The notes below the pieces were generated by a model. It saw only the letters and a list, made by a program, of their open reading frames with translations. It made no database searches and was not told the origin of the DNA. Source: Corallococcus sp. NCRR (GTDB taxonomy: Bacteria; Myxococcota; Myxococcia; Myxococcales; Myxococcaceae). From it: 64,000 nt of DNA. The DNA lies in contig NZ_CP114039.1 in assembly GCF_026965535.1 (NCBI RefSeq), forward strand, positions 7,843,461 through 7,907,460, written 5' to 3'. Below, in pieces: positions 26,850 to 35,814 of this stretch. The position numbers and the translations under genes are program-made. Numbering within the stretch: position 1 is the first letter of the stretch; the number at the start of each line of letters is the position of its first letter.

Positions 26850-29371
26850 GGCGTCTCCTCCGCGACCCCGGTGGCCGGCGAGACGCCCTGCGCGTCACCC
26901 AGTCCATAGAGGCCCTGCAGGCGGTCCTTCCATTCCCGCACCTGGGCGGCGCGGGTGCCCGCGCCGGAGGCCAGGTAGCGGCGCCAGGCGTCCACGGCCT
27001 CGGCGGGTTCATGCCGGCGCTCCTGCGCGTCGATGCCCAGGTTGAGCGACGCGATGGGAACGGCGGTCTCCAGGCGCTTCCACGTCGCGAGCGCCGAGGC
27101 GCTGTCGCCCTGGCGCCAGTCCACGCACGCCAGGTTGTGCTGCACCAGCGCGTCGTCGGGCGTCGCGGCGAGCGCGGCCTTCAGCGCCTTCTGCGACGCC
27201 TTCATGTTGCCGGAGGCGTACGCGAGCGCCGCCTCACGCCGCAGCAGCGCGCCGGTGAGGTTGCCCATCCACTTCGGCTGCCCGGGCATGGGCTTCTTCT
27301 GGGCGGCGGTGAGCAGCTTGCGCGAGGGCGCGACCTTGCCCTGGCGGTAGAGCACCCACGCGTCCGCGAGCGTGCGCGTGTTGGGCCACGCCCACTCCGG
27401 CGCGGGCGTGAGGGAGCGCTTGATGCCGGCGGTGGCCTCCGCGAACCTCCCCTCCTCCGCGCGCGTGAGCGCCCGGGCGAAGGCGGCCAGCTTCGCCAGG
27501 TCCGCGCGCTTGCCGGTGCCCAGGCGGTCCACCGCGTCCAGGTCCCGGTTCGCCGCGGCGGCGTCGCCCGTCTCCAGCTTCGCCAGGGCCCGGCGCACCA
27601 GCACGCGAGGCAGGTTCGCCTCCGCCACCTTCGCGGCCGTCTTGGAGGGCCCCGCGTCCGTCAGCCGCTGCACGGCGGCGTCCACCTGGCCCAGCTCCAC
27701 CTCCGCGAGCGCGGCGCCCGCGGAGGCCTCCGCGCGCTGATCCGGCTCCTGCGTGGCCTCACCGGACTGGGTGAACGCGGCGAGCGCTCCTTGCGCGTCG
27801 CCACCGCCCAGCCGGGCGTAGCCGAGCAGCAGGTGCTCGCGCCAGGTCACGCCCGGCAGCGTCGCCGCGCCCTCCAGCACCTTGCGGGCCTCCGCGTACT
27901 GGCGGCTGTCCAGGAGCGCCGCGCCCAGCCGGCGGGCCATGGGCACGGAGCGGTCCAGGTCATAGGCGCGGCGCAGGTCGCGCACGGCGTCCTCCAGGCG
28001 CTGGGTGCCGGCGCGGTCGCGCGCGCGGTGGGCCAGGGCCCGGGCCAGCCACTGCTTCGCGCCGGGGTGGCCGGGCTCGGCCTGGAGCGCGCTGCCGTAG
28101 TCCTCGATGGCCTGATCCCACTGGCCGGTGGCGAAGTGATCCGCGCCCAGCAGCATGTGGCCCAGCGCCTGGCGCGGGGCCATCTCCACCACGCGCCGGT
28201 GCACCTCCACCGCGCGCTGGTAGCGGCCGGCGCGGCGGTTGACGGAGCCCAGCGTCGCCCACAGCTCCAGGCTGCCGCCGCCCGACTTCACGGCGGACTC
28301 CAGGAACTGGATGGCCTCTTCGTGGCGCGCCTGCGCCTGGAGCGCCTTGCCCACGGCGATCTGCCCCATCAGCAGGCCGGGCTGAAGCTCCAGCACCTTG
28401 CGGAACTCCGCCTCCGCCTGCGCGGGCTGCTTCTGCGCGAGCCGCACGTCACCCAGCAGCAGGTGCGCGGCGGGCGTGGAGCCCAGCTTCATCAGGGCGG
28501 TGGCCTGCAGGTCCGCGCGCGGCACGTCGCCCGCGGCCAGGTACAGGCGCGCGAGGCGCTCCTTCGGCTCCGCCACCTGCGGGAACTTCGTCACCAGCCG
28601 CTCCAGCAGCGCGCGGGACTCCGGCACCTTGCCTTCCATCTCCAGCACGGCCGCGAGGCCGATCTGCGCGGTCGCGGACTCCGCGCGGCCGGCCTGCGCC
28701 TTCTCGAACGAGGCGCGCGCGGCACCCGCGTCCCGGCGGATGAGGTGCGCCTTGCCCAGCAGCTCGTGGATCTGGAAGTCGTTGCCCGCGAGCTTCTCCG
28801 GGCGCAGCACCAGGTAGCGCTGCAGCCGCGTCACGGCGCGGTTCCCGTCCTGGACGTAGAGGTAGTAGCTGGCCAGGTAGTAGTGGACGATGAGGTGGTC
28901 CGGCTGATCCGCCGCGGCCACCTGCTCCAGCACCGGCACCGCCTCCTGGAAGCGGCGCAGCTTGAAGTACGCGGTGCCCAGCGGATACGCGAGCGACAGG
29001 TCCTGCGGGTTCTGCGCGAACACCGGCGCCAGGCGCGTGGCCGTGCGCTGGAAGTCCTGGAGCGCGTTGGCGGCGCTGCCCAGGCCCGCGGCGGCGAACA
29101 CGGACTGGGGCTCCTGCGTGAGCGCCTGTTCGAAGAGCTGGAGCGCCTTGGTGAACTTCTCCTGCGCCTCCTTCTTGTCGCCCTTGGCGAGGGCGGCGTT
29201 GGCGGACACCAGGACCTGCTCGCCCTGCTCCGTCATGCGCTGCGCCTCGGTGGCGGGCGGCGGGCGGAACTGGGCGAGCGCCGCCGGAGGGCCCGCCAGG
29301 GTGGCCATCAGGGCGAGCGCGGTGGAGACGCGGCGCGGGGAGCGGATGAATGGGCGCATGCGGTTCGTCAC
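26846..29371 (-). CDS. Secreted tetratricopeptide-repeat protein (841 aa)
   Basis: Signal peptide MATLAGPPAALAQ, followed by more than 15 TPR-like units (LG/YY/AL periodicity, W-LG-Y, A..G....A..). Confidence 0.8.
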   Translation of the reverse strand: MTNRMRPFIRSPRRVSTALALMATLAGPPAALAQFRPPPATEAQRMTEQGEQVLVSANAALAKGDKKEAQEKFTKALQLFEQALTQEPQSVFAAAGLGSAANALQDFQRTATRLAPVFAQNPQDLSLAYPLGTAYFKLRRFQEAVPVLEQVAAADQPDHLIVHYYLASYYLYVQDGNRAVTRLQRYLVLRPEKLAGNDFQIHELLGKAHLIRRDAGAARASFEKAQAGRAESATAQIGLAAVLEMEGKVPESRALLERLVTKFPQVAEPKERLARLYLAAGDVPRADLQATALMKLGSTPAAHLLLGDVRLAQKQPAQAEAEFRKVLELQPGLLMGQIAVGKALQAQARHEEAIQFLESAVKSGGGSLELWATLGSVNRRAGRYQRAVEVHRRVVEMAPRQALGHMLLGADHFATGQWDQAIEDYGSALQAEPGHPGAKQWLARALAHRARDRAGTQRLEDAVRDLRRAYDLDRSVPMARRLGAALLDSRQYAEARKVLEGAATLPGVTWREHLLLGYARLGGGDAQGALAAFTQSGEATQEPDQRAEASAGAALAEVELGQVDAAVQRLTDAGPSKTAAKVAEANLPRVLVRRALAKLETGDAAAANRDLDAVDRLGTGKRADLAKLAAFARALTRAEEGRFAEATAGIKRSLTPAPEWAWPNTRTLADAWVLYRQGKVAPSRKLLTAAQKKPMPGQPKWMGNLTGALLRREAALAYASGNMKASQKALKAALAATPDDALVQHNLACVDWRQGDSASALATWKRLETAVPIASLNLGIDAQERRHEPAEAVDAWRRYLASGAGTRAAQVREWKDRLQGLYGLGDAQGVSPATGVAEETP

Positions 29372-30960
29372 GGCGAGGGTGCGGGGCTGAATTCGGCGAC
29401 GATGACGGTGATGTCATCGCGCTGGGGCTGGCCGGCGCTGTACGCGCGCACGTCCGCGAGGAGCGCGTCGCGAAGGGCGTCGGCGGGGAGGTGGGCGTGG
29501 GCCTGGAGCGCGGCGGCCAGCCGCTGCGTGCCGTAGAGCCGGTTGGCGCCGTCGCGCGCCTCGGTGAGGCCGTCCGTGTACCAGACGATGATGTCGCCGG
29601 GGCTCAGCTGCGCCTGGCGCGACGTGAACTGCGACGCCACGTTCGCGCCCAGCAGCGGACCGCGCGCCGGCAGCGACGCCATCTGCCGCGTGTTCCGGTT
29701 GTAGATGGCCGCCGCCGGGTGGGCGCCCGCCGCGTAGTCGATGCTGCCGCTGTACACGTCGATGACAGCGAGCGCGCTGGACATCTGGTGCTCGCCGCGG
29801 CCCACGTTGGCCAGCGTCACGTTGAGCGCGGTGATCAGCATCTGCGCGTGCACCTGCGACGGCTCGCGCAGCGTCATGGCGGAGGCGAAGCCGCTGGTGG
29901 CGCTGGTGGCGACCAGCGACGTGGACAGACCGTGGCCCGTCACGTCTCCGATGCCAATCACCACGCGCCGGTCGTCCAGCGCGGCGCGGAACCACCAGTC
30001 GCCGCCGCACGCGTCCGCGGGCACCACCAGCCCAGCCAGCCGCAGCGGCCCCACCGTCACGGCCTCGCGGCCCGGCAGGAGCGTCTCCTGTACGGTGCGC
30101 GCGAGCGACACCTCGCGCTCCAACTGCGCCTTGGCGCGCACGTCCTCCAAGAGGACCTTGATGCGCTCCGCCATGTGGTTGAACACCACGCCCAGCGTCG
30201 TCACCTCGCGGCCCGCGCCGGGCGCCGTGCCCGCGCGGGCGCCCAGGTCACCGGCGGCCAGCTGCATCACGCGGTGGGTGAGCACGCCCAGCGGCTTGGT
30301 GATGCGGCGGCTCTGGAAGGCGGCCAGCACGCCGGCCAGGACGACGAAGCCCAGGCCCAGTCCGACGATGCGCAGCGTGTTGGCGCGCACGGAGGCGCGG
30401 TTGTTCTCCTCCAGCTCGTGCAGCTGCTTCTGCAGGTCCTCCAGCGAGTAGCTGATGACCACCACGCCCTTGCCGGACTGCGAGCCGTAGTCGAGCGGCT
30501 CCTGGAACTCGAAGACGGGCTGGCCGTTGAAGAAGGCGCTGGCCCAGCGGCGCTCCGCGGCGCGGCCTCCGGAGGACTCACCCAGCTTGGCGGACGGGTC
30601 GCTGTCCGCGACGAGCTGCCCGTCCGCGTCGAACATCTGCACGCGCAGGATGTTGCGGTTGTCCGCGATGATGGAGCGCGCGACCTCCGTGAGGAACGCG
30701 TAGTTGTTGTCACGCAGGCTGGTGGCCGAGGTGAGCGCCAGCGTGTGGCTCACCGTCTGGCCCAGCTCGCGCGCCTGCGACTGGAGCCGCTGCGTGAAGC
30801 GGTCCGACGTCGCGGTGAGCTGCGCCTCCGTCGTCTTCGCGGACAGCGCGGCCAGCAGGCCGACAATCACGATGACCAGCGCGCCCGTGGTGAGCAGCAG
30901 CAGCTGATCCAACCGCAGCCCGCGGATGGCCGCCACGTTGGGCAGCTCTCCGGCCTCCAT
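29368..30960 (-). CDS. HAMP domain-containing PP2C/SpoIIE-type Ser/Thr phosphatase (membrane-anchored)
   Basis: TM helix 'LLLLTTGALVIVIVGLLAAL', HAMP linker, and PPM motifs 'GDWWF', 'IGDVTGHGLSTSLV' and 'WYTDGLTEA'. The track ORF extends to 31230 through a Pro-rich stretch. An ATG at 30958-30960 (MEAGELPNV) precedes the TM helix and is taken as the start. Confidence 0.75.
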   Translation of the reverse strand: MEAGELPNVAAIRGLRLDQLLLLTTGALVIVIVGLLAALSAKTTEAQLTATSDRFTQRLQSQARELGQTVSHTLALTSATSLRDNNYAFLTEVARSIIADNRNILRVQMFDADGQLVADSDPSAKLGESSGGRAAERRWASAFFNGQPVFEFQEPLDYGSQSGKGVVVISYSLEDLQKQLHELEENNRASVRANTLRIVGLGLGFVVLAGVLAAFQSRRITKPLGVLTHRVMQLAAGDLGARAGTAPGAGREVTTLGVVFNHMAERIKVLLEDVRAKAQLEREVSLARTVQETLLPGREAVTVGPLRLAGLVVPADACGGDWWFRAALDDRRVVIGIGDVTGHGLSTSLVATSATSGFASAMTLREPSQVHAQMLITALNVTLANVGRGEHQMSSALAVIDVYSGSIDYAAGAHPAAAIYNRNTRQMASLPARGPLLGANVASQFTSRQAQLSPGDIIVWYTDGLTEARDGANRLYGTQRLAAALQAHAHLPADALRDALLADVRAYSAGQPQRDDITVIVAEFSPAPSP

Positions 30961-31513
30961 GGGCGCGATGACCGTGCTCGTGGGCTCCGCGGCCGGCAGC
31001 CCCAGCGCGCCGGTCAGCCGGGTCGCCGTGTTCTCCCCTCGCAGGGCGGTGAGCTCCCGGGAGTGCGTGCCGGTGTACTCCGGTGGAGGGGGCGGGGTGC
31101 CGGGCGCCGCATCGGACGCATCAGGTGATTCAGGGGCGGGGTCGAGGCGCGTGTTCGTACGGGACAAAGGCACACCTGGGGGAGCCCGCGTCGGAAGTAC
31201 GCGGTCGGGGCGGGGCGGACTGTATCGCACTTCCTGATTGACGCGAGGAGTCCACCTGTCGGCGTATTCCTCGCGGCCGCCCCCTCACCCGCTCCCCCAA
31301 CGGCCGTGCGATCCGCCCGGACCCGGAGCGTCCGAACCCCTCTGGGGGGCAGCACGTCACGGGGGCATGGATGAGTTCCGCTGATTGCCGCGTCGCGCCA
31401 CCCGGGGGCCGAAAGGTGCTGGCGAACACCCGTGACATCAGGGTCCTTGAGTCGGGAGCCCGCGTTCGGAGTATAGGGGCGTCCCTTTCTTTCCCCTTCG
31501 AGGTCCTCCGCCC

Positions 31514-32521
31514 GTGTCACGGCCCCGGTTGATCAAAGAAAACTCCGCGCCGCTCTCCCTGCCCCGAGAGCAGCTCATCCGCATCCATGACCTGATGGTG
31601 AAGGCGCGCGTCCTGGAGGAGCGCCTGATCCAGATGTACAAGCAGGGTCACGGCTACTTCTGGATTGGCGGTCCCGGTGAGGAGGCGTTCAACGTCCCCC
31701 TGGGTCTGCTGATGAAGGTCGGCGAGGGCCCGGCCTACGACTACCTGCACGCGCACTACCGCCAGTCCGCGACGCTGCTCGCCATGGGCGAGGAGCCCAT
31801 CGGGGCGCTGCGGCAGATGAAGAACACGGCCACGGACCCCTACTCCGGCGGCCGCAACTTCGCGGGCCACTTCAGCCGGCGCTCGAAGAACATCGCGCCC
31901 GTCACCTCCCCCATTGAAGTGCAGTACGCCGTCGCGCCGGGCACGGCCATGGCCCAGAAGCGCCACGGCGGCGACGGCATCACCATCGTCACCGGCGGCG
32001 ACGCGGGCACGGCCGAGGGCGACTTCGCCAGCTGCCTCATCTGGAGCAGCCGCCCGGCGAACCCCCTGCCCATCCTGATCATCGTCACCAACAACAAGTG
32101 GGGCATCAGCACCACTTCGGACGGCCAGCACGGCGAGACGAACATCAGCGACCGCGCGCGCGCCTTCAACATCCAGGCGAAGACCATCAACGGCAATGAT
32201 CCGGTGGAGTCCTACCAGGAGCTCCAGGCCGCGATGGAGTACGTGCGCAAGGAGCGCAAGCCCTTCTTCATCGAGGCGCGCGTGTCGCGCCTGTACGGGC
32301 ACTCGTCCGCGTCCGGCGCCAACTTCGTGAACGAGGAGCAGGACTGCCTGCGCCTCTTCGAAGCGCGGCTGGAGCAGGAAGGCGTCCTCAGCCGCGAGCA
32401 GATGGACGAGGCGCGCAACCGGTACTCGGAGGAGCTGGCCGCCGCGGCGCGCACCGTGCGTGACGAGCCGCAGCCGTCTGGCGACTCCATCTGGGAACAC
32501 ATCTACGCGGAGAAGAAATAA
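31514..32521 (+). CDS. 2-oxoacid dehydrogenase E1 component alpha subunit (TPP-dependent; BCKDH/PDH-like)
   Basis: 335 aa with the E1-alpha TPP-binding region 'GGDAGTAEGDFASCLIWSSRPANPLPILIIVTNNKWGISTT'. It is immediately followed by the beta subunit. Confidence 0.9.
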   Translation: MSRPRLIKENSAPLSLPREQLIRIHDLMVKARVLEERLIQMYKQGHGYFWIGGPGEEAFNVPLGLLMKVGEGPAYDYLHAHYRQSATLLAMGEEPIGALRQMKNTATDPYSGGRNFAGHFSRRSKNIAPVTSPIEVQYAVAPGTAMAQKRHGGDGITIVTGGDAGTAEGDFASCLIWSSRPANPLPILIIVTNNKWGISTTSDGQHGETNISDRARAFNIQAKTINGNDPVESYQELQAAMEYVRKERKPFFIEARVSRLYGHSSASGANFVNEEQDCLRLFEARLEQEGVLSREQMDEARNRYSEELAAAARTVRDEPQPSGDSIWEHIYAEKK

Positions 32522-32523
32522 CC

Positions 32524-33579
32524 ATGGCGAACATGGCACAGGCCATCCGCATGGCCCTGCACTACGCGGAAGAGAACCTGGGCGTCACCGACATCTTCGG
32601 CGAGGACGTGGGCGCCCCGCTGGGCGGCGTCTTCACCTGCACGCAGGGTCTGAAGACGGCGTGGAACAGCCCCTTGGACGAGCGCGGCATCATCGGCGCG
32701 GCCATGGGCCTGGCGATGGCGGGCCACCGCCCCGTCGCGGAGATCCAGTTCTGCGACTACATCTACAACACCATCGACCTGCTCAAGCTGGCGGGCAACA
32801 CGCACTGGGCCACGAACGGTGACTGGGCGGTGCCCATGGTGGTGCGCACGCCCGTGGGCAGCGGCATCCGCGGGTCGCTGTACCACTCGCATTCCTTCGA
32901 CGCGACGATGACGCACATCCCCGGCTGGAAGGTCGTCATGCCCTCCACGCCGCTGGACGCGTACGGCCTGCTCATCTCCGCGTGCCAGGACCCCAACCCC
33001 GTCATGTTCCTGGAGCCCAAGGCGCTCCTGCGCGTGAAGGGCGAGGACCGCATCCCGGGCGAGCCCGACGACGACCGCGCGCTGTCGAAGATGATCGACG
33101 CGCCCCTGGGTGACCGCTCGCAGTGGAAGCCCCAGTGGCCGCTGGTGGAGGCGTTCGCCATCCCCATTGGCAAGGGCAAGCTCGTGCGCGAGGGCACCCA
33201 GGCCACGGTCATCAGCTACGGCCGCACCATGCCCCTGTGCATCAAGGCCGCCGCGCAGCTGGCGGAGGAGGGCCTGAGCGTGGAGGTCATCGACCTGCGC
33301 TCGCTCTGGCCGTACGACTGGGACATGATCAAGGCCTCCGTCCAGAAGACGGGCCGCGTGCTCTTCGTCAACGAGGACACCGAGGTGACGAACTTCGGCG
33401 AGCACCTGGTCCGGCGCACCGTGGAGGAGCTGTTCTACTCGCTGCTCGCGCCGCCCCGGCTGGTCGCCGGCAAGTTCGTCCCGGGCATCGGCCTGGCGGA
33501 CGCGCTGGAGATGGCGTCCGTGCCGCAGCAGAACGACATTACCACCGCCCTGCGCAACCTCTGCCGCGAGCAGCCGTAA
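32524..33579 (+). CDS. 2-oxoacid dehydrogenase E1 component beta subunit
   Basis: 351 aa with transketolase-like pyrimidine-binding and C-terminal domains ('MANMAQAIRMALHYA...FGEDVG'). Confidence 0.9.
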   Translation: MANMAQAIRMALHYAEENLGVTDIFGEDVGAPLGGVFTCTQGLKTAWNSPLDERGIIGAAMGLAMAGHRPVAEIQFCDYIYNTIDLLKLAGNTHWATNGDWAVPMVVRTPVGSGIRGSLYHSHSFDATMTHIPGWKVVMPSTPLDAYGLLISACQDPNPVMFLEPKALLRVKGEDRIPGEPDDDRALSKMIDAPLGDRSQWKPQWPLVEAFAIPIGKGKLVREGTQATVISYGRTMPLCIKAAAQLAEEGLSVEVIDLRSLWPYDWDMIKASVQKTGRVLFVNEDTEVTNFGEHLVRRTVEELFYSLLAPPRLVAGKFVPGIGLADALEMASVPQQNDITTALRNLCREQP

Positions 33580-33618
33580 GCAGGCCCGGGTTTCCGCCCA
33601 CACCGCAGAAAGACATCC

Positions 33619-33651
33619 GGGCCGCCGTTCCTCTTTGGAGGCCGGCGGCCC
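33619..33651. terminator. Hairpin gggccgccg...cggcggccc (9-bp stem, 15-nt loop) after the E1 beta stop
   Basis: Read directly from the sequence. The loop is long, so this is weak. Confidence 0.3.
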
Positions 33652-33697
33652 TGTCGTTAGAATCCCAACTTCCGTGTCCCAGCCCATCGTCCGCACC

Positions 33698-34165
33698 ATG
33701 ACCCCCGCCCCAGACGCCAACGCCTTCCGCATCCGCCGCGCGCGCCGTGGTGACGCCGAGGTCATGGCCCAGCTGCTGCGTGAGCTGGGCTACCCCCAGG
33801 GCACCGATCAGCAGACGGTGCACTGGGTCATCAGCCATCCGGAGATTGAGATCTTCGTCGCGGGAGATCCGCAGGACCGCGCGGTGGGCATGGTGTCCTT
33901 CTCCCACCGGCCGCAGCTGCGGCTGCGCGGGCGCGTGGCCACCGTGGACGAGCTGGTGGTGTCCGAGGGCTGGCGCCGCCGGGGCGTGGGCCGCGCGCTG
34001 CTCGCGCAGGTGGCGCAGCGGGGCAAGGTGCTGAGCGTGAAGCAGCTGCAGCTCATCGCCCCCATCAACGTCACCGAGGAGACGCGCGCCTTCTACCGGG
34101 CGTGCGGGTACGTGGAAGGTGACTCCGGGGTGTTCCGCCACTCGGAGTACGAGACCCAGAAGTAG
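33698..34165 (+). CDS. GNAT family N-acetyltransferase
   Basis: Motif A 'VVSEGWRRRGVGRALL'. An ATG at 33698 lies within the longer TTG-initiated track ORF. 155 aa. Confidence 0.75.
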   Translation: MTPAPDANAFRIRRARRGDAEVMAQLLRELGYPQGTDQQTVHWVISHPEIEIFVAGDPQDRAVGMVSFSHRPQLRLRGRVATVDELVVSEGWRRRGVGRALLAQVAQRGKVLSVKQLQLIAPINVTEETRAFYRACGYVEGDSGVFRHSEYETQK

Positions 34166-34226
34166 CGGGAAGCGCCGCGAGGGCCCGGCATCCTGGCCGG
34201 GCGCCTCCCGCGGCGAATGTGGCTTT

Positions 34227-34583
34227 TCAGCGCTTGAAGCTCGCGATGACGCGGCGCAGGCGCTCGTGGTCCTCTTCGCTCACGTCGATGAAGCGCACGC
34301 CGATGGCCTCCGCCTCGTCGCGCACCCAGGCCACGACGCCGGTGAGGTGGAACTCCTCCCCGTCGATGACCATGGCCAGCCGCACCTGCGCGCCCACGTC
34401 GTAGGACTTGCGCGTGCGCAGGCACAGGCCGCCCGCGGACACATTCAGGGAGTAGGCCCGCAGCGCCCTGGCCGCGTCCTCCATCTGCTCGAAGCGCACT
34501 TCGAACCGCGCCGCCACGCGCTCCTCGGCGCGGCGGTTCATGTACGGGTCTGGCTCCACCGGCCCATCCAACTTCGTGTTCAT
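34227..34583 (-). CDS. PilZ domain protein (single-domain c-di-GMP receptor candidate)
   Basis: PilZ motifs 'RRAEERV' (RxxxR) and 'NVSAGG' (D/NxSxGG). The start is uncertain: in-frame Met codons at 34583 and 34541, and the ORF is open to 34646. Confidence 0.65.
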   Translation of the reverse strand: MNTKLDGPVEPDPYMNRRAEERVAARFEVRFEQMEDAARALRAYSLNVSAGGLCLRTRKSYDVGAQVRLAMVIDGEEFHLTGVVAWVRDEAEAIGVRFIDVSEEDHERLRRVIASFKR

Positions 34584-34710
34584 GCGCACCCTGACCCCCT
34601 CGGTTCTCGGACCGGAAGTGTCGGCTGGTTTCCAGGCCCGGTTCAAGGGCCCCCGGACAACGGAATCGCTCGTGTAAGTCCCAGGCTACTTCGACGCCAG
34701 GAGTTTCCGG

Positions 34711-35598
34711 ATGAGTGCACGTCTCGTGTTGTTGGGTGGAGCCTTGATGCTGGGGCTGTGGGTGGCGGGCTGCGATGACGGCGAAACTGTCCGCCCGCCA
34801 ACGGATGGGGGGACGACCCTGGATTCCGGGACCGACGCCGGTGATTCCGGGACTGTCGATGCTGGCGATGGCGGCGGCGGGAGCTCCGGCTTCGCGTGCA
34901 ACGTGGCGAAGCAGGAGGGCTGCGCCGCGGGCCAGAGCTGTCTGTACACGGACCTGGCGGATGGCGGCACGGGCAGCCAGTGCTTCGCGGCGGCGTGCGA
35001 CGTGGTCCGTCAGGACTGTCCGTCCGGGCAGCGGTGCACGTACGTGGGCTCCGACGCCGGCACCACCGAGCGCCAGTGCGTCGCGGCGGGCACCGCCACG
35101 GAAGGAGCGGCCTGCACGCTGGCCGAGTCGCCCGCGGGCCAGACGTATGACACGTGCGCGGCGGGCCTGTACTGCAAGGACGAGTCGCAGGGCGACGGCG
35201 GCATCGCCTTCTTCTGCCGCAAGCTGTGCCACGCGCCCTCCGACTGCGGCACGGGCGAGTGCAACACCGTGCTGCGGCTGTCCGGCACGCGCGAGCTGCC
35301 GCTGGTGTGCGGCCCCGCGTCCGCGCGCTGTGATGCGTTCGCCCAGGACTGCGAGAGCCCGCTGGGCTGCTACCCCGCCGCCAACGGCCCGGTGTGCGCG
35401 GGCCAGGGGTCGCTCGGGGAAGGCGCCGCGTGCGAGTTCAGCAACCAGTGTTCACGGGGAAGCACCTGCGTGATGACCGGGGACACCGGCGCCTGCCGGG
35501 CGCTCTGCCGCACGCCCGCGGGCTCACCGGGGTGCGCGAACGGCGCGACCTGCCGGCCCATCAACAACAACGGCGACGTGGGGGCCTGCGTCCCGTAG
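34711..35598 (+). CDS. Cys-rich repeat lipoprotein (myxobacterial cysteine-rich repeat type)
   Basis: Lipoprotein signal 'LGLWVAGCDD' and about 30 Cys in reiterated C..GQ.C....C units ('CAAGQSCLYTD', 'CPSGQRCTYVG', 'CANGATCRPIN'). Confidence 0.6.
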   Translation: MSARLVLLGGALMLGLWVAGCDDGETVRPPTDGGTTLDSGTDAGDSGTVDAGDGGGGSSGFACNVAKQEGCAAGQSCLYTDLADGGTGSQCFAAACDVVRQDCPSGQRCTYVGSDAGTTERQCVAAGTATEGAACTLAESPAGQTYDTCAAGLYCKDESQGDGGIAFFCRKLCHAPSDCGTGECNTVLRLSGTRELPLVCGPASARCDAFAQDCESPLGCYPAANGPVCAGQGSLGEGAACEFSNQCSRGSTCVMTGDTGACRALCRTPAGSPGCANGATCRPINNNGDVGACVP

Positions 35599-35814
35599 GC
35601 AACGGATTGCCCACGGACGGAAGCTTCCACCTCCAGCATGGCGAGCGCGCGGGGCCTCCAGGGGCCCGGCCCGCCACCGCGTGGGGGAAGCCCTGCTCCG
35701 TGCGTGCCCGGCCCGGGGATGTTCAAGGCCCGCCGCGATTGGCGCGCGCCATGAATGCCCGGGTCGCCGCGCGGGCACATCGTGCACATTGTCTGGCGCC
35801 GGGAGGTCGTGGGC

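Noticed and set aside
26837-29536. 899-aa plus-strand ORF
   Set aside because: Antisense to the secreted TPR protein gene. Arg/Leu/Gly composition artefact.
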